This document shows positions 37,301 to 51,000 of a stretch of 64,000 nt of DNA, one piece after another. Every line of letters begins with the position of its first letter. Position 1 is the stretch's first letter. The translations under genes and the position numbers were made by a program. Below the pieces are notes generated by a model that saw nothing but the letters and a program-made list of their open reading frames with translations, had not been told where the DNA came from and made no database searches. The DNA lies in NCBI RefSeq assembly GCF_006345805.1, contig NC_043004.1, positions 90,706,001 to 90,770,000 on the forward strand, given 5' to 3'. The DNA is from Octopus sinensis (lineage: Eukaryota).

Positions 37301-40300
37301 CTTGAAACCATGTGGTTGGGAAGCAAACTTTTCAGTGACAGAGTCACACTTGTGCCTTATTATTATTTCTATAAATGATCTCCTTGTGTTTTGGTGCCAT
37401 GGATTAAATATGTCCATCATACTGAGTTCCTATGCACATTTTCATTAATAGTTCTGTCATACACGTATGTCTTGTTCATGTTACATTACAGTATTGTAAC
37501 TGTGACAAGTCTAGCAGTTAACTGCTAACAGATGTATGACTGGAGAACTGTTACATCATATCAGAGTAACACTATTTCTTGTATTGTTGTTATATCAGGG
37601 ATTCAGTATTACTGTTTCTTACCATCATATTGGGTTATCACTCTTGTTGTTATTGCTATATTGAAATAGTAATTTTGCTGTGATAATTATTACTGGTGCC
37701 TTTGTTTCATCAGGCAGTCACTGATGGTGTAATTGTAGTTGTATTGGTATATCAATGTTATCATATAAATAGTATTTCTCATCTCTTTCTTATTGGAATT
37801 AGGAACTGAAATGTACCAGTCAGTAACCCATCACCACTATACCAGTAATATCTCACATAATTTACTAAACTCTATCTTCAAAAAAATCCCTATTTTGATC
37901 AAGTTTGATCTCTCAGTACTATCTTTCTCATGAAAGTTTTCTTTTTTAAAGAGAAAACAAAATTTCTGTAACAAACTTACTTTCAAATATTTTTGTTCTC
38001 CACCAGTAAGTCTGCCACTATCATCATCATCATTAGAAAATGGACATTGATTGTTAACAAACTATTTCTAGCATTGGTTAAATATGGTCTTCATCTATAT
38101 AATAAACATAATATTGACATTGTTATTTGATTTTGAGAAAGTTTTCTGTTTTCTTTTAAGCTGTCTTGTAGAATAGGATTTCTTAGAGATAACTTTTTAT
38201 TGTTCTACTGAAAGTTAATTTAACCTTTAATGAAATCTCTAATGCATATGAAATATAAAATAAGATTTAAATGTAAAAAACAAAAAAAAGGAAATGTCTC
38301 TACTTCACTTAATCTCAGCCTAGTCATTTATTAGGTGAAAGGCTGTGTGGGGAAAATAATTTAATTTTACATTTTGGACACTGTAGCCCTAATTACAGTG
38401 TCTGGAGGAATAATATGATGGATTGATCACTTTTCGAGCACCTTTGATCGAACAGGATTGAACTGGGATAAACAACAAAAATGACTGTGCTTTATGAAAT
38501 TAGGCTTATAATTTATATATTACAGGTGATGCTTGTAGTTTTATTGGTTAATCAGGACATAATTGATGTTGTGACCTGAATTTTATTAGTGTCAGTGTTG
38601 TTGATATTGTTATATTAGGCTCTATCACTGTTTCCATTATTATATCAGTCTGTTGATACATCTGATATCATGGCTATATAAAGATATTCTTGTTATTATC
38701 ATTTCAAAGAGGGCAGTGGGTTGGCTAAAATGCTTAGCGGCATTTCCTCTGGCTATGCCCTGGGTTCAAATCAGCCATACAAATTTGCTTGTGTATAACT
38801 GCAATGTCAACCCCAAATTAAATGAAACTGTAGTTAGATAAAAAAAAAAAAAATGTTACTATGTCTTTTTTATAAAATAGAAAAATCTAGATAGAAAATA
38901 AGTTATCTTACTGCTAATTTCTTTGTATAAACTAAATTTAAGATCTTATACAAAAGTAACATGTTCATTTTAGTTCAAGCTTAGACTTTAATTACCTTTT
39001 ACATTTAGCATATTAATTAAATTTTTGCTTTGTATATATTTATTTAATTTTCAATTCCTGTTTTGCTGTTGTTAGCAATATATTTCTGTTTTTCATCAGC
39101 ATTGCATTCTTTGCAGCATGATGCTATTAGCTCTAGACCTCACACTTTTTTGCATGGACATTTCTCAATTATTTATTGGAATGTTTACCATTTCTCACAC
39201 TGCTACCATCTCATCTATGTTAACCTTCTGTAGAATTTCTAGTCTGGAATCTACTACAGCTCGTTTTGTACTCTTTCTTTACCTTTTTTTTTCCCTACGT
39301 ATTAACATGTTTATTATGAAATATTTAATATTACTTTATATTTCAGTGGTAACGATCTCACCTTTTTTCTTGTGGTTTTTGCCTCTTGTCTATAGTGTTT
39401 AAATATCTAATTAAATATTGACATGTATTGTCGAATTTAATGAATCAAACAGCGAATATGTCTTGTTAGCAGTTTATAGAATGTAATTTCTTTAAAACTA
39501 TAATTTTGGAATAGATTTGATATTCTGGATATGTTGATTTGAGGTTCTATTTTGTTCTTGTCTTTTAATTATAAATGTTTTGTGAAACCTCCTTTAGTTC
39601 TATAGGATTGTTATTTAATTAGCTTTTTTGTTATGCAGAGCAGATCTAGAACAACTCGCTTCTTTAGATAGAGGTCTTGTCTATTGCAGGTAAACTTTAC
39701 ATTCACCAAAGCTAAATAAACTGAGGTTATTTAAAACTCTTTGTCCTGTCCAGAGATACAGCAAAATGTTTGCACAGGGTTTCAAGCTCTTCAACTGTAA
39801 ATGGAATGTTGAAAATGCACTGTCATCTTTTCTACTGTACATTAATTGCAAATGTACAGGATATCCCAAGCAATGTCAATCAAATATTTTATATGTGTGA
39901 TTTGCTAGAGCTGTTTTGCAGCTCTTGCCTTGTTCTTGGCAGGTATGTCTACTGTGTTAAGCTGAGTTAATTTGAGAAGATACCTAATCACACTCTTGTA
40001 TTCTATCTAGATTAATGCTGTTACACTTTTATGGCCTGATGAAAACACTTTGTTAGAAACATTCAGACCTGGTCTCCAGTTTGAAGAGACTTTCCTCTCT
40101 TTTCCTCCTTCCAGTTTCAGAGGCCCTGAAACAATTATGGACACTATCCTTCTCTATCCAAGCAAAAACTACCAGTTGTTGGATTGCAGCTATGAAGGGG
40201 TTCTCCTTTCAATTATGTTGACCCCAGTGCTAAGATTAGTACTAATTTCATCAAAGTATATCTTGGTACAGTTTTAAATTCGACCTGAGTTATGTCTCTT

Positions 40301-43300
40301 ACGAGAGTTCTTCCCTGAACGTATACTGTAGATTGTAATGTATTTTATATCAATTTTCACAAACACACCTAACTAGTTTGGGTGCCTCTGTATGGTCACT
40401 TAATCAGCAAGAAATAACAGTTGTAGACAGTTCTGTCTGTCTCAAACTACAACTAAACATTTTACAAGACATTGGAAAATCAGGTCCTAGGTTCTGTGCA
40501 CAGAGAGAAAATACAGGATGGTCATCATATATATATATATATATATATATATTATGGAGATGTACTTGCATAGCAAGTGACTTGATCTGAGATCATGTGC
40601 TGGAACGAAAACAATTGCAGTGTGGAAGGTGTTTATAAGCCATTTAAGAAACACACAAAACCATCAGATTCACTTCAACATTTAAATTTAATTTGTCAAA
40701 ATATTTTCGTCACTTTGAGACTGCGACCTGCTTACTAACAAAGCTTCATGCTGCATATATATATATTTATGCTGTAGATGAATGTAAATTGTTATTCAGC
40801 TACATTTTGCCAATAATGAATGAGACAGAACTTACACTTTGAACTAGCATACTGTTCAAAATTCCACAATTCCTGTGTAATAACAATTCAAATTAGTAGT
40901 CTAATTAATCAATTACTTTCCATGGATTGTTGTTTCTTTAAGCCTGTATTTGTTGACATGTTTTTTTCTTTTGTTTGATTATTTCTCTTGACATTCTCCA
41001 ACTTTGTAAGTACTCTTACCATTCCATTGGCTTCTTTAGATGAGTTCCCTTATTTTGTAAATTTTTATTTTGATATAAGCTAGCAATACTGTGGCCAAAT
41101 TTTGTCTCTTTCTTCTTTTAGTCATTTTCATGATTCTCAGACTGCTAAAAATTATCTAGGTAGTATATATATCAAACAGCTTCTAGTAGAATTTGATCTG
41201 GTGGGAATAGAGCTTGGATACAGCATCGGATAAAGTTGTTGTTTTGCCCCAGGTCAGTTTTCCATACAGCAAACCTGTGAGCAAAGATATTTCAGACATT
41301 ATTTACCTGATAGAATATCTGGGACTACATTATCCAATGTATCCACCTTTTGTGATTGCCCTGAGCTGACCAATGTCTTGTGAGAGAAATTGATAGATGG
41401 AAGCTGTAAGAAACCTGTCATATATGTATACATATATGTTATCATCATCATCATCGTTTAACGTCCGCTTTCCATGCTAGCATGGGTTGGACGGTTTAAC
41501 TGGGGTCTGGGAAGCCTGGAGGCTGCACCAGGCCAGTCAGATCTGGCGGTGTTTCTACAGCTGGATGCCCTTCCTAACGCCAACCACTCCGTGAGTGTAA
41601 TGGGTGCTTTTTACGTGCCACTGACACAGGTGCCAGACGAGGCTGGCGAACGGCCACGCTCGGATGGTGCTTTTTACGTGCCACCGGCACGGAGGCGAGG
41701 CGAGGCTGGCACAGCAGTGAGGCTGGCATGGCGGCGAGGCTGGCACGGCACAGATTAAAGACAGGTATTCTCTATATAGAATACTTTCTGTAGTGCTCAA
41801 GAAATTTGAACTTGAGCAGGAAGAGGAATAAATGTATTTAATATTTTTTGTATATCACCGTGCCCAATTTGCTCGTCCTTACATTTACTTATCTGTGTGT
41901 GTGTGAGAGAGTTTATGTTGGACGTGTGAGAGGGGTGCTCAATACATGTTGGAGGTTATGTCTTATTGAAACTGAGAGTTTGTCTCCCGACTGTGATCTT
42001 ACCTGAAGATCATATGACATGAAACTTGAGTCATGAGACAAACTCTCAGTTTTGATTTTGATAAAAAAAACCCACAAAAAAACCCCACACATGTGTGTGT
42101 GTGTGCATGCGTGTGTGTGTGTGTGTGTGTGTGTTTGTATCTCCCTTTCATCTTGACATTTTCATACTGATTGAAAACAAAGTCACCATTCATGCAAATG
42201 ATTTCATTTGTTTACGATCTTCTACAAAATCTTGCCTGGGCATAGGCTAGTTTGAAAGACTATCACTTTGCTTTTGAAAATACTTGAGGTTGGTAGCAGG
42301 AAGAGCATTTGGCTGTAGAAAACTTTTGTTTCAACAAGTTTCATTGAAGCCAAGCAGGCATGGGAAAGTTGACATTGCTGCTGCTCATCTAATTGATTGA
42401 GCAATATGGCAGAAGCCCACAGAAGCCCACAAATATTGGCTGAAAGGGAGTTGCAAATCAATGAAGATGGAAGGATTGGAAAATGTGCTTTGTACTCAGT
42501 CTGTAAAATGAAGTTAGTGCATGAAGTTGTTTAGCTGAGATTAGATGTTCCAACTGTGACCATCCTGTACTTTCTTTTATATCAAACACTGTATTTGGGA
42601 CCACATTATCCAATGTTTTCTTCTTTTATAAGAGAATAGCAAAATTTTGTTAATCTTTCTAGTAGGTGGAATGAAAGCTGTAGAGTGTATCTTGTTGGTT
42701 TGACTGCACCTCAAGTTGCACAGCTGATCAGTTTGATTGATGTAGTGTTGATAGAATGCAGATAGGTAAGACATGTCACACCATTGAGTTAATAGTTACA
42801 GCTTTAACTACCACCTGGATGGTCTTGGTTAGTTTACTATTTAATACACCCAATCCTGTGTATGCAACAAGGCAGTTTGTTGTGGAAGACATAATCAGAT
42901 TAAGAGCAATCAAAATGCTGTTAGTTTTGATAATAAAGCTGGGACCCTGCATCAGGATAATGATTAATTTTGTAATTGGTCTTGAATTTCGTATTTACAT
43001 TCAGTAGTAATGTCTTACATATTTTTATGTATCATTCTTTCTTCATTTTAACTTTCATGTATTACTGGCTACACTTGACTACTTTTAATGAATTGTTCAT
43101 GTTTCGGAGGAAGCAAAATATTTTGTTAACAAAGCGTACCTTATTTACTTCAGTCGGCCAACAATTATTACTGCTAACTACCTTAACTAACTGTAAAGTA
43201 GGGCAACTGTGAGAACCTAATTTATTGACCATGGCTAACGAAGAGAGCAAAATTATGTCTCTTTCATCGAGACATTTAACACAATAGCTGTAAATAGTAT

Positions 43301-46300
43301 TAGTCGTGGTGATAGTAGTTGTAAGGTCTAAACCATGTGGTCAATAACTATAGCACTGTTATCTTACAGCTATTGTTTAAAAGAAAATAGAAATCCACGA
43401 ACTGTTTAAGTTCTTTAATTCTTTAAAAAAATATGTATAGAAAAGAAAGAAAATTAATTAACTGAATGGCCATTAAAGTTTATTTTCTGATGAAATATAG
43501 TATTTTTTAACATCATTTATGATTTGGAATTATTTTGAGTTGACTTTTAGAGGAATCTGTGTCTGCTATGATATTTTCTTTTCAGAATTCATGTTTTGCT
43601 AATAGTTTAAATTCCATAATGAAAACTGGTAATATCCCTGTTTCTCTAAAATTATTTCATTAAATGTAATCAATTGAAAGTCTCAGTTCATTAAATAGAT
43701 ATTAATGAATTAAATGTTGATTTAAAAACAAAACAAAACAATAAAAGCAAGAATCTGGCAACGGTTCAAACTGAATGTTTATTGATATAAAGTAAAGTAT
43801 ATGCCATATGGATTAAAAATATATTTAACATTTGTTAGGGTTATTTCCATCTTACTTGAGACATAAATGAAAAGTTGACACATTGTTAGTGATGGAGTGT
43901 GAATATTTTAATTAATGAATATAATTGTAATTAATGAATGTAATTATAGCAGAAAAGTAATTTCCTTAACTAGTTTGAGAAACAAAGTGAGTCTTGTAAC
44001 TCATTGAGTAATACTTTACCCCCTAAACTCCGTTTTTATGCAGTGTATGACATATACAATAAACAAGCTTGACAGAGCCTATCCCTCTTAATTGCAACTC
44101 TCATCAGAGTATTCTGGAATCTTCCTTACAAAATGATTGAGATACTTTTCAACTATGAAGTCCTACTGTCGCTGTTAATGATGATGTAATCATGTAATCG
44201 GTTGAGAAACTAGCTGAACTGTGTCAGTGACAGCTATGCTCTCGGTCTTGCATGAGATGGAGTGGTAGCACTGTATCAATGACAAGTGCTGTGCGGTTGA
44301 GTTTAAATAGTGCCACGAGTGTAATTTAAAGAGTGATGTATTACATAAAGATATCTTTTCTGAGCCCACCTCTCAATACTCTGTCTTTACATGTTGTCCT
44401 TATTACTCAATGGTTAATAGGACTCATTTTTTCTCACACAAACTGAATTATATTGTTGCATAATATTTATATCTATCTGAAATATTTTGATTGGAAAAAA
44501 AAAAAAATTCTATGGCAAAAATATTTTATTATAATTTTTGTTATTCCTCTTTTTATATCTGCAGAAAATGGTCGTCATATATTACCAACAACTCATTCTT
44601 CCCCTGAACCATCTGAAAATGGAGAAACAGATGAACCATTATACATGAATGTAAATACAAAGAAGATGAATAGTCCAGTTAAAATAGAAGATCTCTATAA
44701 TTATATACAAACGAACAAAGCCAACAATACTTCTGGTTTCAGGAAAGAATTCAAGGTAAATATAAGTACAAAAATGTAACTTATTTTGCTAGGTAAAAAC
44801 ATTTTAAATTCACTTCTACCCTAGCTGCTAGGCTTGACACACTGTCCAGTTTAACATTACCATCTAGTTTTTTCTCTGATTAACTTCAGAAAAAATATCT
44901 TATTGTATTTCTATATTTGTTATACCTTCCACTGAACATTTGATGGTAAGCTTGGATAATGATTACATATTGATGTCTAGTTTAGGGAGATTTTGTGGCA
45001 TATATGTACATATATGTACATAGGTGCAGGAGTGGCTGTGTGGTAAGTAGCTTGTTTACCAACCACATGGTTCCGGGTTCAGGCCCACTGCGTGGCACCT
45101 TGGGCAAGTGTCTTCTACTATAGCCTCGGGCCGGCCAAAGCCTTGTGAGTGGATTTGGTAGACAGAAACTGAAAGAAGCCCGTCGTATATATGTATATAT
45201 ATGCGTGTGGCACATAAAATACACCAATCCGACCGTGGCCGTTGCCAGCCTCGCCTGGCACCTGTGCAGGTGGCACATAAAAAGCACCCACTACACTCAC
45301 GGAGTGGTTGGCATTAGGAAGGGCATCCAGCTGTAGAAACACTGCCAGATAAGACTGGAGCCTGGTGCAGCCTTCTGGCTTCCCAGATCCCCGGTCGAAC
45401 CGTCCAACCCATGCTAGCATGGACAGCGGACGTTAAACGATGATGATGATGTGTTTGTGTGTCTGTGTTTGTCCCTCTAGCATTGCTTGACAACCGATGC
45501 TGGTGTGTCCCCGTTACTTAGCAGTTCGGCAAAAGAGACCGATAGAATAAGTACTGGGCCTACAAAAGGATAAGTCCCGGGATCGAGTTGCTTGATAAAA
45601 GGCTCGATAAATGACTGAAACAAGTAAAAGAGTAAAAGAGAGTATATGTACTTAGTTCCAGTACAATATTTAGGGCTATAATAGTTCACCTAACTGCGAT
45701 TAGGGGATATCGTCATGGTATTTGTAAATGAATATTAAAGTTTTATCTCACCATGTTATTATTCTAAGTTAATCCATATTTCCATCCTTCTTGATTTATT
45801 TACATTTTATTCTGTTAATCTTTTGAACTTATCCTTGGGGTACAGGGCCTGTTTAACACTTAGACAGGATGACTGGTCCACATCACATCAAGTCATGTCC
45901 ACACATTGCTGGGTCTGTGTGACACACATCACATAGGTGCAGCAGCCTGCAGGAATAGCTTGTGGTTAATCTATACTGGAGTCTTTTGACTCTAGTATAG
46001 ATTAACCACAGAGCCATCATCTTTTGTTTGACCCATAATGGTAGCTCTTGACAGGTACGACTACCCCTGGCCAGAGTTGAACAGGGAACAATGGTGACTA
46101 AATGCCAACTCTGTACTCCCCCAAACTCTGAAATGGGAACCTCACCACTGGTTACAGTTTAATGTTTTACCCAGGATACTTTGATATATAGCATACTGAT
46201 AATTCCATGTTAGATTTATCATGATATCCCATACAGTTTATTTTCTTCTGAGACATATACCTTTCTAACAATTTCATCTTAGAAATTTCACACAGATGTT

Positions 46301-47558
46301 TCCATCATAAGATTTGCTTGATTTATTCCTTTTCTTCGATGATGATGTTGATGACTGATATATTTTTTAATGTTTTAATATATTTATTTATCCATCTAGC
46401 AACTTCCGGAAGGTCTATTAGCAATGTGTACTACAGCTCAACGAGAAGAAAATAAAGAGAAAAATAGATATAAAGACATTATTGCATGTAAGTAACTTCT
46501 ATTGTTACACCAGCTACAGTACTGTGTTGTGTTTCATTTCCCTACTATCTTATTGCAACAATAGCAGTAATATATTGTAGAAGAACAAAGAATGATGAAA
46601 GTCATTGCAATGCTGAGATAAAAGAGTTTAAGCCTTAATCACAAGTAGAAACATGTAAAATGAGATATTCACTGTAAATAACAGCAAAATCATTGGCATG
46701 TGCTAAAATACAGAACCTAAGGACAAGGAGATGGAAATGTATTAAAAACACATTCATTTAAACCTGGATAACAACATGATTACTTTTAGATGCTAAGTGG
46801 ATATGACCCAGTTGCCCTTTCTGTTGCCAGCCTTCACTTGTTTCCAAGTAAGACAGCATTTTATTTATCACCGAATATTATCATGGAAGACTAAAAATGA
46901 CAGTGATACTAGTTTACAACTATTGCATGATGTCAAAACAAGAGGAGGCGCATGCACACACACACACACACACACACCATAATATCATCATTATTTAATG
47001 TCCATGTTCAATACTGGCAGGGTTTGATAAGTCCAAGAGCTGCGTCATGCCCTTGTCTACTTTGGCATAGGTTCTATGACTGGATGCCCTTTACAGAGTT
47101 CACCAGGTGCTTTTTTGAGCCACCAGCACAAATGAGGTCACCATATATAACACACACACACACACACGTTTGTATAGTGTATACATATATTTGTATATGT
47201 ATTTGTCTGTAGTAGAAGACACTTGTTTAGTGGGACTGAGTTTGAAACTGTATGGTTGGGAAGTGAATTTTTTTTAACCATATAGCCATGTGTGCAGCTT
47301 GGGCTAGTTACTTCTGACCAAAACGTTTCTGCCAGCTCACCACCTATGTTGATATATTGTCATATATATATATATATATATAGAAGAAAATTCTAATGCC
47401 AAATATGCCGAAACATTGTTTCGGCATATTTGACATTAGAATTTTTCTTCTGCCCTTATCTTGTAAATTATGTATAAATTTTACCTTTAAAGGCATTTTT
47501 TGATATGCTGGCCATTGATAAAATTTTTTTCCCGAAAAAATTTTTATCCTATATTAAT

Positions 47559-47612
<54 letters not shown>

Positions 47613-47614
47613 TA

Positions 47615-47645
<31 letters not shown>

Positions 47646-48035
47646 GTTTGTATAGTGTATACATATATTTGTATATGTATTTGTCTGTAGTAGAAGACAC
47701 TTGTTTAGTGGGACTGAGTTTGAAACTGTATGGTTGGGAAGTGAATTTTTTTTAACCATATAGCCATGTGTGCAGCTGGGCTAGTTACTTCTGACCAAAA
47801 CGTTTCTGCCAGCTCACCACCTATGTTGATATATTGTCATATATATATATATATATATAGAAGAAAATTCTAATGCCAAATATGCCGAAACATTGTTTCG
47901 GCATATTTGACATTAGAATTTTTCTTCTGCCCTTATCTTGTAAATTATGTATAAATTTTACCTTTAAAGGCATTTTTTGATATGCTGGCCATTGATAAAA
48001 TTTTTTTCCCGAAAAAATTTTTATCCTATATTAAT

Positions 48036-48068
<33 letters not shown>

Positions 48069-51000
48069 ATATATATATCTTACTCTCTCTCTCTCTCACA
48101 CACACACACACATGTACACTCTTTAATGAAAGAGTCTTTTGAAAATACTTTTTGTAGTGCGTTATATGAAATAATCATTGTTTTGCATGTCTGAATACAA
48201 ACTTACCTGAATGTATTTATTTATTCTAACAGATGACCATTCACGAGTTCACTTAGACTTGGTTCCAGGAGATCCTTATTCTGATTATGTTAATGCTTCA
48301 TATCTTGATGTAAGTTTCTGAATATATTGTTGTTGTTTCCACTTCAGATAATCCTCATGTATTTATTACCTAGTTGACTATTTGTTCAATGTCATTAGTC
48401 CATTACCAAACTCTCACAGCCATTGTATCTCAATACAGATTACTTTTGATCTATTGTATTTTGAAGATAATTTGGATAATTTAATCTTTCTTCTTTTTCA
48501 TATTTCAGGGTTATAAAAGAGAAAAAGCATATGTAGCTTCGCAAGGTAAGAGTCTCTATTCATACTGATACTTTTATTGAGGAGAAAAGCTTTTCATGTT
48601 GCCTCTTAGAGCATTGTTATATCTATAACATTTTTGATCCAAGCCACTTCTTCCCCATCATTTTTCTTTAAATCAGTCATTCAGCTTGTAACGTTGAAGA
48701 AAAACTCCTGCCTTTCTTCACAGCTTATCATATTTTACCAGTTTTATAAGCCGTTTTGCAGATAGAATCATAAGTCTCTTTGAACTGTTGTATGATATCT
48801 TATAATGTCTAACATACTAAAACCCAGTTCTGGAGATTAACTCAGCTCTTTTAAAATATGGTTTCAGTGAATGACTTCAGATTTCATTGATATAATCTAA
48901 TTAACAAAATAAAACTGTAAAATCTAATTCCAAAGCTCTTCTTGAAAAGTTTCACAGAGATGGCAAATATGTAAATTACCTTTGTTGTTATTACTTTCCT
49001 GACCTTTATTCTTTGCCCTAGATTTTGTCTAATGAGATAAAAGTGTTTGCTGTTTCACTTCTTATGGAAAAGTTGTATTCCATTGATCAGCTGGTTTATT
49101 TACTTTCAACACTTTCTGTGTTGAGTGCTCAGAATGTCTTAGCTGGTGATGCACAGACATGCACTGAAGACGTGGTATTTACAAAGAAGGCGGCAAGCTG
49201 GCAGAAACGTTAGCACGCCGGGCGAAATGCGTAGCTGTATTTCATCTGCCGCTACATTCTGAGTTCAAATTCCGCCGAGGTTGACTTTGCCTTTCATCCT
49301 TTCGGGGTCGATAAATTAAGTACCAGTTACGCACTGGGGTCGATGTAATCGACTTAATCCGTTTGTCTGTTCTTGTTTGTCTTCTCTGTGTTTAGCCCCC
49401 TGTCGGTAATAAAGAAATAGGTATTTACAAAGATGTGTAAATTATCTTTGTAAACCGACAGTGAACAGGTGTGCTCACCTTTTATCAGATGTGTTTTCCC
49501 TACTGCTTGTCTCTGACAGAAATGCAGTACTGGGTCACCCCCCCCCCCCAAAAAAAAGAGGTGGGGAAGACTAAGTACATGACATCTAGAATATTGCCAG
49601 GCACTCACTGCTCATTACCAGTTCACCAATGTGGTTGATGGAACTTCCTTGTTAGTATTAGATAGAGGATTAGTGATAGGTAAAAGTGAAGATATTCTTG
49701 AGGAAACTCTCAGCTATAATGAGGACCAGCTAGCTGGTCTATTCTATAAAAATTTTATCCCAAGGACTATGGGTAATTTCTTGAAAACTCTGACCACTTC
49801 TTGTTCAAGACCCACTCTACGGGGGCACAGAAGTACTGCTAACCAAGCCTGTTTGTGATGAGTGATGAAACTGTTTTGCATGCATAAGAAAGGAAACTCA
49901 AGAAACTTAAAATAAATGAACAGAAACATGTTTTACTCACTGCTGAAAAACAGTAACAACATCGACAACATCATCATCATCATTATTTAACATCCATGTT
50001 TCATACTAGCTAGGCTGGGTAGTTTGACAGGATCAAATGGGCCCTAGAACTACATGTGCTCCTCTGTCTATTTTGGCATGGTTTCTGTAGTAGTGGAATA
50101 CCTTTCTTAATGCCAACCTCGTTGCAGCATGTATTGGGTGCTGTTGTTTTGTGTACTACTGGTGCTAATTAAGTTGCCGATGCAGCTTGCAAGACTCTGA
50201 ATCCTGAGAGAGGCAGGTTTATACTTGAGCTAAGGAGTTAAAGCATGATATAAGGAGCCAGAGCAGAAGAGGTTTCTTGTTGTAGAGAGACTACATAGCT
50301 ACTCATGTTTTAGAAGAGAGGGAATGGTGACTGGGATGGAACAGGGAAGAGATAAAATAGTGATGATGTGGTGTCTCTGTGGATCCTTGGAGGTATGAAG
50401 TGAGTAGAAATGAGTGGTGGCCGAAGAAGTGGGAGTGTGGGTAGTTTGAGGTTGCAAGAGAATATAGGGGAGTGAGTGGTAGGGAATGAGAGAAGGGGTG
50501 AATGTAATGAATGAAGAACAAATGTTGAATGGATGAGAAGTAGAGGAGGTAGCAAAAAGTAGGTGAAAAGTATGGAGATTGGACAAGGTTCATGGGTGGA
50601 TGTAGTGAATGATGGATAAGGAGTGGTAGGATCACCAACAGTGAATGGTAGTGAAGAGTGGTTGAATAGTAATGATGATAATAGGGGGAGGGGGAGAATG
50701 AGAGAGAGCGAGAGACATACAGACATTGATGATGTTGATTGATCTGAGGTAGGTTGTGAGTATGTGACAGAAAGAAAGAAGTGGAAGAAGTGATTGATGC
50801 TAATATTTTTATTTCCCGTTTTTCCTTTCTTTTTACTCATCCAGGTTATTGCAAGTTATTTTGAACTTTTCCCACCACATAAAGAAAGAATTGTTTTTAT
50901 TTTTTTTATATGTGCTTCGCTTTTTTTTTTTTTTTGTCAGGACCTAACAAACCCATGTTGAAAGATTTCTGGAGAATGGTATGGCAGAAAAATATTTGCA

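Noticed and set aside
40031-40070. CTGATGA..aac-acttt-gtt..GAAAC
   Set aside because: Stems I and III cannot be formed convincingly, and the region looks like an old minus-strand LINE remnant ([13 protein letters not shown] nearby).
50270-50840. Purine-rich strand-asymmetric tract with ORFs on both strands (similar tract at 2540-2960)
   Set aside because: Low complexity, and each tract follows a degenerate retroelement 3' end; most likely an old LINE 3' UTR rather than a gene.
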